Source: Actinomycetales bacterium (lineage in GTDB: Bacteria; Actinomycetota; Actinomycetes; Actinomycetales; Microbacteriaceae). Taken from it: a stretch of DNA of 64,000 nt. Positions within the stretch are counted from its first letter, which is position 1. Each line of letters starts with the position of its first letter. The stretch is taken from positions 1,913-65,912 of the forward strand of contig JBBRBV010000009.1 of the NCBI GenBank assembly GCA_038205545.1. The letters run 5' to 3'. Below are positions 29,392 to 38,216 of the stretch, in pieces. The notes beneath the pieces are model-generated. The model did no database searches. It was given only the letters and a program-made list of their open reading frames with translations, and was not told where the DNA came from. The translations under genes were made by a program, and so were the position numbers.

Positions 29392-29585
29392 CCGTGGGTA
29401 GAGGTGAGCGTGGGAGCGTGACGGGACGATGTGGTCTCGACCGGCTCGAGCAGCGGGAAGCTGGCGTCGTAATCCCTAAGCGGGTCGGAAGCTGAGCTCG
29501 ACCGGCTCGACCAGCCGGGACTTGGCGTTGTGAACGCTGGCCGGATCGGATTCCGGTGGTTTCGACGCACTCGAAGAATACCGCA

Positions 29586-29601
29586 TGTTTCACGTGAAAC
29601 C
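29586..29601. promoter_or_regulatory. parS site 6
   Basis: TGTTTCACGTGAAACC, 30 nt downstream of the parB stop. Confidence 0.8.
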
Positions 29602-29631
29602 ATCGCGAGGGACCACGACCGCCCCGCACCT

Positions 29632-30594
29632 CTAGCTGGCGCTGAAGCCGGGCTCCCCGAGCACGGTGAGGATACGGTTCAGATCACCGATTGTTGCGAA
29701 ATCTACCGTGATCTGGCCTTTTCTTGAGCCCAGACTGATCTTAACCCGGGTATCCAGCCGGTCGCCCAAGTTTTCTGCGATCTCGTCCAGGTGACCTTGA
29801 CGACGCCCGGGAAGCGGGCGTACCTTCGCTACTCTGGGGATCGCGGTCGAAGCCGCCTCCGCCGCGCGCACGGACAGGTCCTCGGAGACGATCTTGTCGG
29901 CTAGACGCAGCATGCCGGCTACATCACCCACCGACAGAATCGCACGCGCGTGACCGGCTGAAAGAACGCCCGCCGCCACACGCAATTGCACGGGTTCCGG
30001 CAGCTTCAGCAGCCGGAGGGTGTTGGTGATTTGAGGACGCGAACGACCGATGCGGATGGCCAGTTGCTCCTGCGTGATCTCAAAATCAGCGAGCAGCTGC
30101 TGATAGGCGGATGCTTCCTCGAGCGGATTCAGCTGCGCACGGTGCAGGTTTTCCAACAGAGCGTCGCGCAGCATGTCGACGTCGGCGGTGTCCCGGACAA
30201 CGGCCGGGATGGTCTCGAGCCCGACCTCTTTGGTCGCACGCAGTCGACGCTCACCCATAACGAGCTCAAATTTTCCGGGCTCATCCGGCAACGGTCGCAC
30301 AACAATCGGTTGCAGAACACCGACCTCGCGAATGCTGTGGACGAGCTCGGCCAGATCATCCTCGTCGAAAATGGTACGCGGTTGCACCCGGTTGGGAACG
30401 ATATCGTGCGGGTTTAGATGCGCAAGCCGGGCGCCGGGCACAGGAACCAACTCGGAGGGGGAGGGTGCGGCATGCGGTTCGTGTTCAACGACGCCTCGGG
30501 GGAAGAAGACGTCGACGGGCCGAGGGGCTGAAACATCATCCTGCACCGGAATGAGCGCACCGATACCGCGGCCGAGGCCGGTTCTTTTCGCCAT
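29632..30594 (-). CDS. parB: chromosome partitioning protein ParB
   Basis: 320 aa. ParB box with GERRLRA, HTH region, C-terminal dimerisation domain. Overlaps the parA stop by 1 nt. Confidence 0.96.
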   Translation of the reverse strand: MAKRTGLGRGIGALIPVQDDVSAPRPVDVFFPRGVVEHEPHAAPSPSELVPVPGARLAHLNPHDIVPNRVQPRTIFDEDDLAELVHSIREVGVLQPIVVRPLPDEPGKFELVMGERRLRATKEVGLETIPAVVRDTADVDMLRDALLENLHRAQLNPLEEASAYQQLLADFEITQEQLAIRIGRSRPQITNTLRLLKLPEPVQLRVAAGVLSAGHARAILSVGDVAGMLRLADKIVSEDLSVRAAEAASTAIPRVAKVRPLPGRRQGHLDEIAENLGDRLDTRVKISLGSRKGQITVDFATIGDLNRILTVLGEPGFSAS

Positions 30595-31529
30595 TACTGC
30601 TGATCTCCTGTTCGTGGTGCCCCGCGATGGGCCATTTCTGCAGCTGCTTCGAGGTAGGAGAGCGATCCTGCGGAGTTGAGGTCATAGCTGACGACACTCT
30701 GACCGTAGCTCGGGGCCTCAGAAACGCGCACAGAACGCGGAATTGACGCGTTAAGGACTTCCTTAGGGAAGTGGTCACGCACTTCCTTGGCCACCTGGGT
30801 CGCTAAATTGGTTCGACTGTCAAACATTGTGAGCAGAATCGTCGACACCATGAGGTCTGGGTTCAGGTGCTTCTCGATCAGTGCAATGTTTTTGAGTAGT
30901 TGACTCAGTCCCTCGAGTGCGTAGTACTCGCACTGAATGGGAATAAGAACCTCTCGGGCCGCAACGAATGCATTGATGGTGAGGAGTCCGAGCGACGGAG
31001 GACAGTCGATGAAGACGTAGTCATATGGCTCAGCCATCTGGGCCAAGTACGCGTCGAGGGCACGGCGTAGGCGCTGTTCGCGCGCCACGAGAGAGACCAG
31101 CTCAATCTCGGCACCGGCCAGGTGAATGGTCGCGGGAACACAGAACAGAGCGCCGAATTCGGGGCTCTTCTGTACGACCTCATCCATGGGCATGTCGTTG
31201 ATGATCACGTCGTAAACACTCGGCGTCTCTGCACGATGCTCGACGCCAAGGGCAGTTGAAGCGTTCCCCTGCGGGTCGAGGTCAATGACAAGCACGCGCG
31301 CTCCCTGACGAGCGAGTGCGGCGGCGAGGTTGACGGCGGTAGTGGTCTTACCCACACCGCCCTTCTGATTGGAGATCGTCAGGACTCGAGTTTTCTCCGG
31401 TTTGGGCAGGTCGCCCGCGGCGATAACCTGTCGGCGACGCGTCAGTTCAGCGATTTCACGGGCAAGCGGCGTTGTACCGTCGAACCCTGCCGCCTTGCCT
31501 TGGCGCTGACCTTCAGCAGGATGTTTCAC
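30594..31529 (-). CDS. parA: chromosome partitioning ATPase ParA
   Basis: 311 aa. Deviant Walker A NQKGGVGKTT. The longest-ORF GTG start lies inside a parS site, so the true start is uncertain. Confidence 0.93.
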   Translation of the reverse strand: MKHPAEGQRQGKAAGFDGTTPLAREIAELTRRRQVIAAGDLPKPEKTRVLTISNQKGGVGKTTTAVNLAAALARQGARVLVIDLDPQGNASTALGVEHRAETPSVYDVIINDMPMDEVVQKSPEFGALFCVPATIHLAGAEIELVSLVAREQRLRRALDAYLAQMAEPYDYVFIDCPPSLGLLTINAFVAAREVLIPIQCEYYALEGLSQLLKNIALIEKHLNPDLMVSTILLTMFDSRTNLATQVAKEVRDHFPKEVLNASIPRSVRVSEAPSYGQSVVSYDLNSAGSLSYLEAAAEMAHRGAPRTGDQQ

Positions 31530-31537
31530 GTGAAACC
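31522..31537. promoter_or_regulatory. parS site 7, overlapping the parA 5-prime end
   Basis: TGTTTCACGTGAAACC. Confidence 0.8.
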
Positions 31538-31605
31538 TTTACGATCGACGGTAGATGAGCCACCCGAAAGGGACCCCCGAACACCAAATACAGTGACATT
31601 CAGGA

Positions 31606-32325
31606 CTAGTCCACTGTAGCCCGGATGACCCGGGTTACCTCGGGCAGCACGCCCGCGCCAAGGGTAATAACTTGAACATCGCGCAGGCGATACTTATAAA
31701 TGGCCTTCGCCGACGCCTCGACTTCACGCTCGGCACCCTCACCCTTCAAAAGAATGAGCTCGCCACCGGCGCGCAGCAGGGGAGCGGTCAGGGGGATGAG
31801 CTTACTGAACGCACTCACCGCTCGAGCAGTAACCTGGTCAAGCGGATGCGCCAACCGGGCCTCTTCCGCACGAGCTCGGACCACGGTCACATTCCCAAGG
31901 TGCAGAGCGGCCACCTGGTCCTTCAGCCAGGACACCCGCCGCTCCATCGGTTCGATCAGCACAAAGTTGACGTCGGGCCGAGCAATGGCAAGAACCAGAC
32001 CAGGCAAGCCCGCCCCGGAACCGACGTCCCCAACAAGGCCGGGGCGCAAAAGTGGCGCGATAATGGCACAGTTAAGAATGTGGCGAGACCAGAGCCGAGG
32101 GAGTTCGAGGGGACCAATCAATCCCAAAATTTCGCCCTGATCAGCTAAATTAGCCGTAAAAAGCCGAATGACGTCAATCTGGGCACCGAACAGTTCGGCC
32201 GCGACGGCCGGCTCAGTCTCGAGTTCAACCAGTTCCGGGGTCTTCGACGCGGCTTCGCTGGGAACAGCGGTATCCACCTCCCTGGGACCGGCCACGTTCG
32301 ACGCGGGTACGACAGATTCCGACAT
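31606..32325 (-). CDS. rsmG: 16S rRNA (guanine527-N7)-methyltransferase
   Basis: 239 aa. SAM motif DVGSGAGLPGLVLA. Conserved position upstream of parA. Confidence 0.92.
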   Translation of the reverse strand: MSESVVPASNVAGPREVDTAVPSEAASKTPELVELETEPAVAAELFGAQIDVIRLFTANLADQGEILGLIGPLELPRLWSRHILNCAIIAPLLRPGLVGDVGSGAGLPGLVLAIARPDVNFVLIEPMERRVSWLKDQVAALHLGNVTVVRARAEEARLAHPLDQVTARAVSAFSKLIPLTAPLLRAGGELILLKGEGAEREVEASAKAIYKYRLRDVQVITLGAGVLPEVTRVIRATVD

Positions 32326-32336
32326 GAACGCCTGGA

Positions 32337-32984
32337 CTACGCTGCGGTGATGACGGTGTGACGGTCGCGACCCTCGCCGGAGGACTCAGACCGGTAGTTG
32401 CCGCTGGCGGCTACGATATCGTGCACCAGCTTGCGCTCGTAGGAGGACATGGCCGGCAGGTCAGCGTCAGTCGCGCCGGCAACAATGCGCTCAATGGCGC
32501 GTGTTACGAGGGCGGCGAGCTCAGCTTCGCGCGCTTCTCGAGATCCTCCGATATCCAGAATCAGTCGCGAGAACGAACCCGTCTTGTTCTGCACGGCCAG
32601 GCGTGTCAGCTCCTGCAGCGCGTTGACCGTTTCCGGCTTAGAAAGCACCCGAAGGTTATCCGCATCGGACGCCTTGACCGAGAGGTAGGCACGACCATTA
32701 CGGGCATCGATGTCAATGTCGCCATCCAGGTCGCAGATATCCAGAAATTCCTCGATATAGTCCGCGGCGATGTCGCCCTCACGTTCGAGCTGGTCGGTCG
32801 TGAGTGGGGCCTCGGCCACAGCAGTCGTCTCGGGAGCAGCATTGACTTTAGGAGCAGTGGGGGAGGCATCCGTTGTGCCGGGGGCAGTAGGCACGGCACT
32901 GTCAGCCCCGACGGGGCTGGCTCCAATATTTGCCACAGGGCTTACTTCGGTCAGGCCGGTCTTGTCCGTCACGGTCATCTCCAC
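32337..32984 (-). CDS. jag: Jag/KhpB-type R3H RNA-binding protein
   Basis: 215 aa. KH-like plus R3H C-terminal region (ERKLVHDIVA). Conserved yidC-jag synteny. Confidence 0.88.
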   Translation of the reverse strand: MEMTVTDKTGLTEVSPVANIGASPVGADSAVPTAPGTTDASPTAPKVNAAPETTAVAEAPLTTDQLEREGDIAADYIEEFLDICDLDGDIDIDARNGRAYLSVKASDADNLRVLSKPETVNALQELTRLAVQNKTGSFSRLILDIGGSREAREAELAALVTRAIERIVAGATDADLPAMSSYERKLVHDIVAASGNYRSESSGEGRDRHTVITAA

Positions 32985-33967
32985 TACTTCTTCGGGCCAG
33001 TTTGCTTCTTAGCGCGGGCCTTACCAACCGGCTGCTGCCGCTGCGCGGGCTTGGGGGGCTCTTCGACAACAATGATGTCACCGTCGGTGGCGATGAGCTT
33101 GCCCTTGCGGGCCAGGCGCTCCTCGCGTGCCTTGGCGGCTTCACTCCCGGGCGTCGGCATATTTCGAATAACCAGGAACTGCTGGATCATGGTCCAGAAG
33201 TTTGAGGTAAGCCAGTAGAACATCACGCCCAGCGGGAACGCGACCCCGGAAAAAGCAAAGACGAGGGGAAGCAGATACAGCATGATGCGCTGCTGCTTGA
33301 ACATCGGGCTCGCCTTGGTCTCCGGGGACATGTTCTTGGAAACGATTTGCAGCTGCGTGATGAACTGGGATGCGGTCATCAGCACGACCATGGTTGCCGC
33401 GATGATCATGACCATCACGTTGAACGGCTCGCCAGCGGTCCACAACGACCATTGCGAGGCAAACGTGTCGTGCAGCGGCGCCTGCCCAAAGAGTTCGGCG
33501 TTACCGAAGCTAACGGCAAGAGCGTTGTTAAGCGGCCCGACGCCGGCTTGCGAGCGCTGGGCGTCGTTAAGCACTGAGAAGAGCGCAAAGAAGATCGGCA
33601 TCTGCAGCAACAGCGGCAGACATGAACTCAGCGGGTTTGTACCCGTCTTCTTATACATGGCCATGGTCTCGCGGGACATGGCCTCACGCGAAAACTGGTC
33701 CTTCTTACCCTTGTACTTGTCTTGAATCTTTTTTAGCTGGGGAGCCACCTCCAGCATTTTTCGCTGGCTTTTGATCTGCCTCACAAAGATCGGAATGAGC
33801 GCGGCACGCACGACCAGCACGAGGCCGACGATGGACAGCACCCAGGTGAGACCGTCGTCGAAGCCCAGTCCCGCGATGCCCATCTGAGAAAACAGCCAGT
33901 GGAAGGCAACGAGCAATAGCTCGACCACCCATTTCAGAGGCCAGAGGATCGTACCTATGAGGTCCAT
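32984..33967 (-). CDS. yidC: membrane protein insertase YidC
   Basis: 327 aa. YidC/Oxa1 core (NPLSSCLPLLLQMPIFFALF), Lys-rich C-tail. Confidence 0.95.
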   Translation of the reverse strand: MDLIGTILWPLKWVVELLLVAFHWLFSQMGIAGLGFDDGLTWVLSIVGLVLVVRAALIPIFVRQIKSQRKMLEVAPQLKKIQDKYKGKKDQFSREAMSRETMAMYKKTGTNPLSSCLPLLLQMPIFFALFSVLNDAQRSQAGVGPLNNALAVSFGNAELFGQAPLHDTFASQWSLWTAGEPFNVMVMIIAATMVVLMTASQFITQLQIVSKNMSPETKASPMFKQQRIMLYLLPLVFAFSGVAFPLGVMFYWLTSNFWTMIQQFLVIRNMPTPGSEAAKAREERLARKGKLIATDGDIIVVEEPPKPAQRQQPVGKARAKKQTGPKK

Positions 33968-33975
33968 ACTGTGGG

Positions 33976-34287
33976 TTAGCCCTTTCCGTGGCTAGGTGGG
34001 ACAACAAAACCGAACTTCGTCAGACGAAAGCGTCGCGTGCTTTTGAGTGGTACATCATCAATGCCGCCTTCAGACCACGGATGGCAGTGGCTCAGTCTGC
34101 GAACAGCAAGGGCACTACCCCACGCTAGTCCGTGTTCCTGAACGGCCCCCAGTGCATAAGCCGAGCAAGACGGGTAAAACCGGCAGACATCTCCATACAG
34201 CGGCGAAATCATTGCCCGGTACAGGCGAAGAACCAAAACACCCACATTACGAGGTATCAGGATGATCGTCGCGGGTACAGAGTTCAT
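33976..34287 (-). CDS. yidD: membrane protein insertion efficiency factor YidD
   Basis: 103 aa. YRAMISPLYGDVCRFYPSCSAYA. Confidence 0.92.
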   Translation of the reverse strand: MNSVPATIILIPRNVGVLVLRLYRAMISPLYGDVCRFYPSCSAYALGAVQEHGLAWGSALAVRRLSHCHPWSEGGIDDVPLKSTRRFRLTKFGFVVPPSHGKG

Positions 34288-34661
34288 CGGGCCGCCTTGC
34301 CCTTTCGCACGGGAAGCGGGCGAGACAGATTGCGGTGAACTTCATCGTGCAACGTCTGCCAAGCCGCATCTCGCGCCGTCGGCAACGCGCGGATAACGAC
34401 GTCAGTTCCCGGTGCCACCGCATGGAGCAATTCGAACGTAACTGCCTTGAGACGGCGGCGAACGAGATTGCGCCTCACGGCGTCACCCACATTCTTAGCG
34501 ACGATGAAGCCGAAACGAACCGGAGCCCCGACAGCACCCGGAGGTGCTTCAGGGCTCAACCGCACATAGAGAACGGTGTGCGCACCAACGATTCGCACTC
34601 CGCGTCGTACGACGCCTTGGTAATCACGGCCGCTCGTGATGCGATTTAGGTGAGCGAGCAC
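34284..34661 (-). CDS. rnpA: ribonuclease P protein component
   Basis: Start trimmed to GTG 34661 (VLAHLNRITSGRDY...). RNase P protein motif VAKNVGDAVRRNLVRRRLK. The longer track ORF (to 34985) runs through rpmH in another frame. Confidence 0.88.
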   Translation of the reverse strand: MLAHLNRITSGRDYQGVVRRGVRIVGAHTVLYVRLSPEAPPGAVGAPVRFGFIVAKNVGDAVRRNLVRRRLKAVTFELLHAVAPGTDVVIRALPTARDAAWQTLHDEVHRNLSRPLPVRKGKAAR

Positions 34662-34684
34662 GAGAACCTGGCGAGCACTAGAAC

Positions 34685-34822
34685 CTAGGCGGAGAGTTCG
34701 GTGCGACCCTTGCGACGGCGAGCACCGAGAATGGCGCGGCCGGCACGGGTGCGCATGCGCAGGCGGAAGCCGTGCACCTTGGCGCGACGACGGTTGTTCG
34801 GCTGGAAAGTTCTCTTGCTCAT
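34685..34822 (-). CDS. rpmH: 50S ribosomal protein L34
   Basis: 45 aa, below the track cutoff. Manual translation: [45 protein letters not shown]. Confidence 0.95.
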   Translation of the reverse strand: MSKRTFQPNNRRRAKVHGFRLRMRTRAGRAILGARRRKGRTELSA

Positions 34823-34977
34823 AGTTCAATCTCCACGTATTTGAATCACCGCCGGCCAAGTTCCCCTCGGCCAGAACAGCAGCGCGCACAGAAGTTGGAA
34901 GCCCGCGGGATGGGGTCAACTGATTAAAACTACGGCTTCGGCCGTCTCCGGTCAAACTCAGGCCTCGAATCGGGAGA

Positions 34978-35140
34978 TTCTCCACAATAATGTCTCCAGC
35001 ACGGCAACACCTGACAGGGGCGGTTTCACTGGAGAAATTCGCCTCGCTGAGCGGGATTGACTACCGTAAGGACAAGTTATCCACAGGTTGGTGGCATCAA
35101 CCTGAGAAATTGGTCGATTTTATACACATGTGGTGGATAA
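34978..35140. promoter_or_regulatory. DnaA boxes in the rpmH-dnaA intergenic/promoter region
   Basis: TTCTCCACA (34978-34986), perfect TTATCCACA (35077-35085) and inverted GGTGGATAA (35132-35140). Confidence 0.75.
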
Positions 35141-35177
35141 CTTTAGCGATGACCCGAATAAACAGATTGTAGGAACC

Positions 35178-36596
35178 ATGGCAGACGTTGAAACGCCGAT
35201 AACCCAGACCTGGCGGTCCGTACTGACGACATTGGAATCCGACGCCACCATCACACCCATGCTGTACGGATTTCTTAGTCTGGTCGAGCCGAAGGGCATT
35301 GCTGCCGGGACCTTCTACCTTGAAGTGCCCAATGAGTTCACGGCCAGCATGCTAAACCAGCGGATGCGTGTTCCCTTGCTTACCGCGATGGGACAACTCG
35401 ATGAGGCCACCGCGGTATCGACCTTCTACGTCGTCGTCAACCCGGAGCTCGAGCAGGAATCGTTGCGACCGGTGCAACAAACTTTGACCCCGCCCGATGC
35501 CGTGGCGCCAGCCCCGTCCCAATCGGTGTTTGAGGGCGCTGTTCCCGCGCAGCCCCACGAAACCCGACTGAACCTTAAATATAGTTTCGATAATTTCGTA
35601 ATCGGGCAGTCCAACCGTTTCGCGCATGCCGCGGCGGTGGCCGTGGCCGAGGCACCGGCCAAGGCGTACAACCCGCTGTTCATCTATGGTTCGTCAGGAT
35701 TGGGCAAGACGCACCTGCTGCACGCGATTGGCCACTACGCCATGAGCTTGTACCCGGGCATCCGCGTGCGCTATGTCAGTTCCGAAGAATTCACCAACGA
35801 CTTCATCAATTCCATCGCCAATAACCGAGGTGCAGCTTTCCAGTCGCGCTATCGCAACATTGACATTCTGATGATCGACGACATCCAGTTTCTGCAGAAT
35901 AAAGCAGAAACCCAGGAAGCGTTCTTTCACACCTTCAACACCCTGCACGATCACAACAAGCAGGTCGTCATCACGAGCGATCTGCCGCCCAAACACCTCA
36001 CCGGCTTCGAAGACCGCATGCGCAGCCGCTTCGAGTGGGGCTTGATCACAGATGTCCAGGCTCCGGACCTGGAAACTCGCATCGCTATTCTGCGCAAGAA
36101 GGCACAGAGCGAAAAATTGCAGGTACCCCACGACATTCTCGAGTTCATGGCGTCGAAAGTTTCCTCCAATATTCGGGAGTTGGAGGGAACGTTGATTCGG
36201 GTCACGGCATTCGCGAGTCTCAATCGAACGCCGGTGGATATGAACCTGGTGCAGACGGTACTGAAAGACCTCATCACCCTGGATGAAGACAACGTCATCG
36301 CACCGGTTGACATCATCACGAACACGGCAAACTACTTCAAGCTGTCCGTTGATGATCTCTACGGGTCCAGCCGGTCGCAGGCGATCGCCACGGCCCGACA
36401 GATCGCTATGTACCTGTGCCGTGAACTGACAAACCTGTCCCTACCCAAAATTGGACAGCTCTTCGGCAACCGCGATCACACGACCGTCATGTATGCGAAC
36501 AAAAAGATCAGCGAGCTCATGAAGGAGCGGCGCTCGATCTACAACCAGGTCACCGAACTGACCAATCGCATTAAGCAGGATCATCGCTACAAGTAG
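35178..36596 (+). CDS. dnaA: chromosomal replication initiator protein DnaA
   Basis: AAA+ Walker A GSSGLGKTHLL, box VII/sensor motifs, C-terminal DNA-binding DHTTVMYA. ATG 35178 after AGGAA is preferred over the GTG 35130 of the track ORF, which lies inside a DnaA box. Confidence 0.95.
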   Translation: MADVETPITQTWRSVLTTLESDATITPMLYGFLSLVEPKGIAAGTFYLEVPNEFTASMLNQRMRVPLLTAMGQLDEATAVSTFYVVVNPELEQESLRPVQQTLTPPDAVAPAPSQSVFEGAVPAQPHETRLNLKYSFDNFVIGQSNRFAHAAAVAVAEAPAKAYNPLFIYGSSGLGKTHLLHAIGHYAMSLYPGIRVRYVSSEEFTNDFINSIANNRGAAFQSRYRNIDILMIDDIQFLQNKAETQEAFFHTFNTLHDHNKQVVITSDLPPKHLTGFEDRMRSRFEWGLITDVQAPDLETRIAILRKKAQSEKLQVPHDILEFMASKVSSNIRELEGTLIRVTAFASLNRTPVDMNLVQTVLKDLITLDEDNVIAPVDIITNTANYFKLSVDDLYGSSRSQAIATARQIAMYLCRELTNLSLPKIGQLFGNRDHTTVMYANKKISELMKERRSIYNQVTELTNRIKQDHRYK

Positions 36597-36675
36597 GTCT
36601 GGGTAGCCAGCCAGCTTCACAGCAGCGGCTCCGCCGGAGGTTTTGCGTCTTCTTCACCCCGGTGAAGTGCACGCA

Positions 36676-36700
36676 GGCCCGGAGGGGCCGTTTTTTTTTT
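36676..36700 (+). terminator. intrinsic terminator after dnaA
   Basis: GGCCC-GGAG-GGGCC followed by a T10 run, which is very conspicuous in this GC-rich DNA. Confidence 0.8.
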
Positions 36701-37020
36701 AGTTTTCACACCTGTGGATAACCCTGTGGAATTAACCCTCACAACGTGGCTGTTCCTGTAGAAACTCGAAGCTAGCCTGTAGAAACGTGTAATTCCACGC
36801 AGAGCCACGTGCCCAAACGAATGACAAACTTCTACAGCTCGCCCACAACTTACAATCGTGTAGTTCCCAACGCCTGAGCCGTTTTCACAGAGTTATCCAC
36901 AGTTTCCACAACGGTTAAGAAGATTAACAAGAATTCTTTAACGTCTATCTCGCCGACAACCTTGACTGCGAACGGCTCCTCGCAGACCGGTGACGAAGAC
37001 ACGAGTGACAACAGCTAGCA
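36700..37020. other. oriC (dnaA-dnaN spacer): DnaA-box cluster plus AT-rich unwinding candidate
   Basis: TGTGGATAA (36713-36721), TGTGGAATT (36726-36734), AATTCCACG (36791-36799), TTATCCACA (36893-36901), GTTTCCACA (36902-36910). Direct repeat CCTGTAGAAAC x2 (36755-36765 and 36776-36786). AT-rich TTAAGAAGATTAACAAGAATTCTTTAACG (36915-36943). Confidence 0.8.
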
Positions 37021-37062
37021 TTGAGGCCCACCCATCCGCCCATCGAACGCAAGGAATGTTTC

Positions 37063-38211
37063 GTGAGATTTCAGGCCAATCGGGATGTCTTTAGCGAAGC
37101 AGTGTCCTTCGCGGTCAAACTTCTGCCCCAGCGCACAACCCTTCCGATCTTGAGTGGCGTGCTGATCGAAGCCACCGCTACCGGCTTAATTCTTTCGTCT
37201 TTCGATTACGAGGTTTCCGCTCAAACCGAAATCGTGGCCGAGGTCGAAGAGACCGGTAAAGTTCTCGTCTCTGGCCGACTCCTGGCCGAAATCGCCAGCC
37301 GTCTCCCCAACGCACCAGTGCGCTTTTCTACCGAGAATTCACGCATCAAGGTCAGCTGCGGCTCTGCAAGTTTCACCCTGCTGTCTATGCCGGTTGAGGA
37401 ATATCCCAGCATTCCGGTGGTCAGCAGTCAATCGGGCCTCGTCCCGGCCGAAGAATTCGCCGCCGCCGTTGCCCAGGTTGCCGTTGCTGCGTCGCGAGAC
37501 GATGTCACCCCCGTCATCACCGGCGTGCAGCTCGAGGTCACTGAAAACAGCTTGAGCCTGGTGGCCACCGACCGCTACCGCGTGGCCGTTCGGGAAATTG
37601 ACTGGGATTCGGGCAGTAGCACCGCTGAAGGAACGATTACGGCGCTCGTACCAGCGCGCACGTTGCAGGAAGTCGGCAAGACCTTCGGTCACAGTGGGAC
37701 GATTTCGGTCTCCATCACCAACACCGATGACCGCGAACTGATCGCCTTCACCGCCAATAAGAAGACCGTCACCTCCCTGCTCATCAAGGGCAATTTTCCT
37801 CCGGTTCGTCGTTTATTCCCCACTGCCGTTGACAACTACGCGGTGATGAACACCGCCGATCTCGTCGAAGCCACCCGACGCGTGCAGCTTGTGCTGGAAC
37901 GCGAAGCGGCCCTGCGTTTCACATTCGCTACCGATGGGGTCACCCTCGAAGCGGTTGGCTCCGAGCAGGCTCAGGCTTCAGAGACCATCGATGCCATCCT
38001 CTCCGGCACCGAGACCGTCGTCTCGCTCAAACCGCAGTTTCTCCTGGATGGCCTCAGCGCTGTGCGTTCCGAATTTGTGCGGATCTCATTCACGAAAACG
38101 GACAACCCCAATAAACCTGGTCCGGTTCTCATCACCAGCCAGACCTCACGCGAGCAGGCCGGAGCGGACAGCTACAAATACCTGCTGCAGCCCAACCTGC
38201 TGCTGCGCTAA
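37063..38211 (+). CDS. dnaN: DNA polymerase III beta sliding clamp
   Basis: GTG 37063 after AAGGAA (VRFQANRDVFSEAVSF...), about 382 aa. The track ORF starts at TTG 37021. Confidence 0.95.
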   Translation: MRFQANRDVFSEAVSFAVKLLPQRTTLPILSGVLIEATATGLILSSFDYEVSAQTEIVAEVEETGKVLVSGRLLAEIASRLPNAPVRFSTENSRIKVSCGSASFTLLSMPVEEYPSIPVVSSQSGLVPAEEFAAAVAQVAVAASRDDVTPVITGVQLEVTENSLSLVATDRYRVAVREIDWDSGSSTAEGTITALVPARTLQEVGKTFGHSGTISVSITNTDDRELIAFTANKKTVTSLLIKGNFPPVRRLFPTAVDNYAVMNTADLVEATRRVQLVLEREAALRFTFATDGVTLEAVGSEQAQASETIDAILSGTETVVSLKPQFLLDGLSAVRSEFVRISFTKTDNPNKPGPVLITSQTSREQAGADSYKYLLQPNLLLR

Positions 38212-38216
38212 CGCTG

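Larger units (their letters stand above)
28885..29601. repeat. non-coding array of six parS sites embedded in degenerate ~150-bp tandem repeat units
   Basis: 16-mers at 28885, 28925, 29071, 29227, 29376 and 29586 match tGTTtCACGTGAAACa. Start-to-start spacing is 40, 146, 156, 149 and 210 bp. Units also share a GTGGTC-N11-GACCAC box and CGTGGGAGC / GCCCTGCTGTGAG blocks. Confidence 0.85.

Noticed and set aside
28885-29601. Possible CRISPR array (short repeats separated by longer unique-looking segments)
   Set aside because: The repeats are 16-bp perfect palindromes identical to parS. The spacers are 130-190 bp and homologous to each other rather than unique. No cas genes or leader are present.
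28825-29629. Three overlapping minus-strand ORFs (28825..29358, 29217..29603, 29327..29629) and + ORFs covering the ddl-parB spacer
   Set aside because: Their repeated peptides (VSRET, FHVKQ, VETTS) are just translations of the parS palindrome and the second repeat box in different frames. Composition is the R/S/P/T-rich pattern of off-frame high-GC DNA. No start or RBS context is present, and the ORFs overlap each other. The region is treated as non-coding repeat DNA.
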